This document shows positions 62,076 to 64,000 of a stretch of DNA of 64,000 nt, in pieces; the first letter of the stretch is position 1, and each line of letters starts with the position of its first letter. A program made the position numbers and the translations under genes. This stretch comes from Lama glama (lineage: Eukaryota): assembly GCA_028534125.1 (NCBI GenBank), contig CM052816.1, forward strand, positions 61,878,001-61,942,000. Direction: 5' to 3'. Under the pieces are notes generated by a model that ran no database searches, was not told the DNA's origin, and was given only the letters and a program-made list of their open reading frames with translations.

Positions 62076-62885
62076 TAGGTTTAGGTTCTATCGCACTTAA
62101 CAGAAACTCCACATAATATGGCTTTAACAACTTTAAGATTATTTTATCTCACACAGAAAAAGTTTGAGATAGGCGATCCAAGATGAAACTGTGATTCCAT
62201 AAAGTCTCCAAGGATCCAGGCTCCTTTGGTTGCTCCATTCTGCCATTCAAAGATCCAACCTGTGTGTCAGGTTGGTAGCAGGAGCAAGGGATGAAGAAGG
62301 GCTAGCCTCCTCCTTTTCTTAAAAAAAAAAAAAAAAAAAAAGACTGCCTGAAAGTCTCACACATCTCTGTTGCATCTCATTAGCCAGAACTTGGTCACAA
62401 GGCCATACTTAGGAAATTGGTGAATGTCTTTTAGCTAGGCAGTCATGAATCCAGCTAAAAATTTGGGTTATCTAGAAACAGACTCACAGACATAGAAAAC
62501 AAACTTATGGATACCAGGGGGAAAGAGAACGGGAAGGGATAAATTGGGAGTTTGAGATTTGCAAATACTAACTACTGTATATAAATAAAAATAAATTGAC
62601 ACAACATTGTAAACTGACTATACTTCAATAAAAATACACATACAAAAAAATAAACAAGTTTCTACTGTATAGCATAGGAAACAATATTCAAGATCTTGTA
62701 GTAATCTATAATGAAAAAGAATATGAAAAGGAATATATGTGTGTTCATGTATGACTGAAGCATTGTGCTGTACACTAGAAACTGACACAACATTGTAAAC
62801 TGACTATACTTCAATTTTAAAAATTGGGGTTCTCATTAAGTAAGAAGGGAAGGACAGATGATGGAGGGACTAGTCATTTCTGTCA
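62065..62885 (-). mobile_element. MaLR LTR (MLT1J-like) interrupted by an L1 3' end
   Basis: TATCAGTTAGGTTTAGG...AACAGAAACTCC..GGCTTTAACAA and CATCTCATTAGCCAGAACTTGGTCACAAGGCCATACTTAG. Confidence 0.7.
62470..62817 (+). mobile_element. Camelid/artiodactyl-type L1 3' UTR with near-perfect TSD and a nested 50-bp L1 tip
   Basis: AGAAACAGACTCACAGACATAGAAAACAAACTTATGG...TGACACAACATTGTAAACTGACTATACTTCAAT. TSD TAAAAATT(T/G)GGGTT at 62456-62469 and 62818-62831. Confidence 0.85.
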
Positions 62886-62989
62886 CCTACACATCTCATG
62901 GCTTTTAATATGTCTATTGGCCATTCCACTATCATTATCCTCCACTATCATTATCCTCTCCAATAATACAACTGAATAGACACCAAACT

Positions 62990-63340
62990 GAAGCTGAGCC
63001 AATAAGATTCTGTGTCCCAAGAATTTGGATTTGGGACACAGAAATCAAGTCAATTTACTTCTGAAGAGCTGAAGTACAAGACAGAGCAGACTAGAGCTTT
63101 ACAGAGAAAATACAAGATTGTACAAGATAATGGAACAAATGAATAAAGGAAAGTAGAGAGATGAGGCTGCAGAGGGAGAGAGAAAAATCTAAGTGTCTGA
63201 CAACTTCCTTTCCCATGAGGCCTGTATGCAATTCTTTTATCTGGATTCTATATAACTTCCCTGTTCCTTTATACAGAAATCCCTTTACTTGAGCTAATTT
63301 ACGTGGGTCTCTATTCCCACCTACAACGAAACGATCCTTA
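62990..63340. mobile_element. Old ERVL-type LTR fragment (LTR16/LTR33-like)
   Basis: GAGCCAATAAGATTCTGTGTCCCAAGAATTTGGATTTGGGAC...TTACTTGAGCTAATTTACGTGGGTCTCTATTCC. Confidence 0.5.
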
Positions 63341-63804
63341 AGATACTTACTAAAATAGATAAAATAGAATTTCCTTTAGAATTTTATACTTTTTAAGTGT
63401 CTGAGATAATTAGGAATTGATACCTTTCTTTTAAAAATTCAGATAATGGCAGGTAAGCTTTATAATGCCTCTTTTTGTCTTGCCTGCCAGGAAGATGATT
63501 AAATTTATTACACAGTCACATGGCAATTTCTGGCTAAAGCACAGAGATTGTAGTAGATTATATTACTGCTTCTAAGCACTCAGTGAAAAGTTTATACTTC
63601 ACCATGGATATCAGGCTTGGCCAGATCATTTGCTCTGGCCAACGAAATTGTGTATATATGCCACTTCTAAGCAGAAGCTTTAAGTGCTGGTGTATGATTC
63701 ATCATCACTCTTTTCCCTCTGCCATGCCTCCTCTCAGAAAGAGGCTGTTCCTTCATCCTCAACCCTTGAAAAAGATGATATGGAACAGATCCCACCAGGA
63801 TGTT

Positions 63805-64000
63805 GACCTAAACAAGCATTTCTCCAGTGAAGATATATGAATGGCCAATAGACATATGAAAAAATGCTCAGTATCACTAATTATCAAACAAATGCAAATC
63901 AAAACCACAATGAGGTATCACCTCACACCAGTCAGAATGGTCATCATTCAAAAGTCCACAAATGACAAATGCTGGAGAGGCTGTGGAGAAAAGGGAACCC
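63805..64000 (+). mobile_element. Younger L1 ORF2 3' region, truncated by the window end; follows an MLT1-like fragment (about 63550-63800)
   Basis: GACCTAAACAAGCATTTCTCC...ATGCAAATCAAAACCACAATGAGGTATCACCTCACACCAGTCAGAATGG...GCTGGAGAGGCTGTGGAGAAAAGGGAACCC. Confidence 0.9.

Larger units (their letters stand above)
7731..64000 (-). other. CWC27: CWC27 intron upstream of the exon (>56 kb, runs off the window end)
   Basis: Ends at the TAG acceptor. No other CWC27-like peptide was recognised in the ORF track or by reading, and the content is repeat-rich intronic DNA. Confidence 0.8.

Noticed and set aside
1..64000. CRISPR array, operon or other prokaryote-style novel system
   Set aside because: The sequence is mammalian intronic DNA with no regularly spaced repeat-spacer array and no gene-dense ORFs.

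Overview
Eukaryotic, AT-rich, CpG-depleted mammalian genomic DNA, most likely camelid (camel/alpaca/llama) judging from two Vic-1-type tRNA-derived SINEs and the L1 3' UTR types. The only coding sequence I can support is one 104-bp minus-strand internal exon (7627-7730) with canonical splice sites. It encodes (S)EELRKEARQLKRALLAAKQKKVENAAKQAEKRSE, which I recognise as the coiled-coil region of the spliceosomal cyclophilin CWC27 (SDCCAG10). Everything else appears to be the two very long flanking introns, filled with L1, L2, MIR, MaLR/ERV LTRs and hAT DNA transposon relics. No rRNA, intact tRNA, CRISPR array or intact transposon is present, and I found no evidence for a new multi-gene system. 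The most notable observations are: (1) a 500-N gap flanked by an exact 199-bp duplication, a probable assembly artefact; (2) an old, diverged two-block local duplication at 59.3-62.1 kb; (3) several nested or young insertions with target-site duplications (TSDs); (4) a probable small inversion inside an old L1; (5) a few candidate regulatory or cryptic-splicing elements. Repeat family names are recalled from consensus sequences, not from a search, and repeat boundaries without a TSD are approximate.
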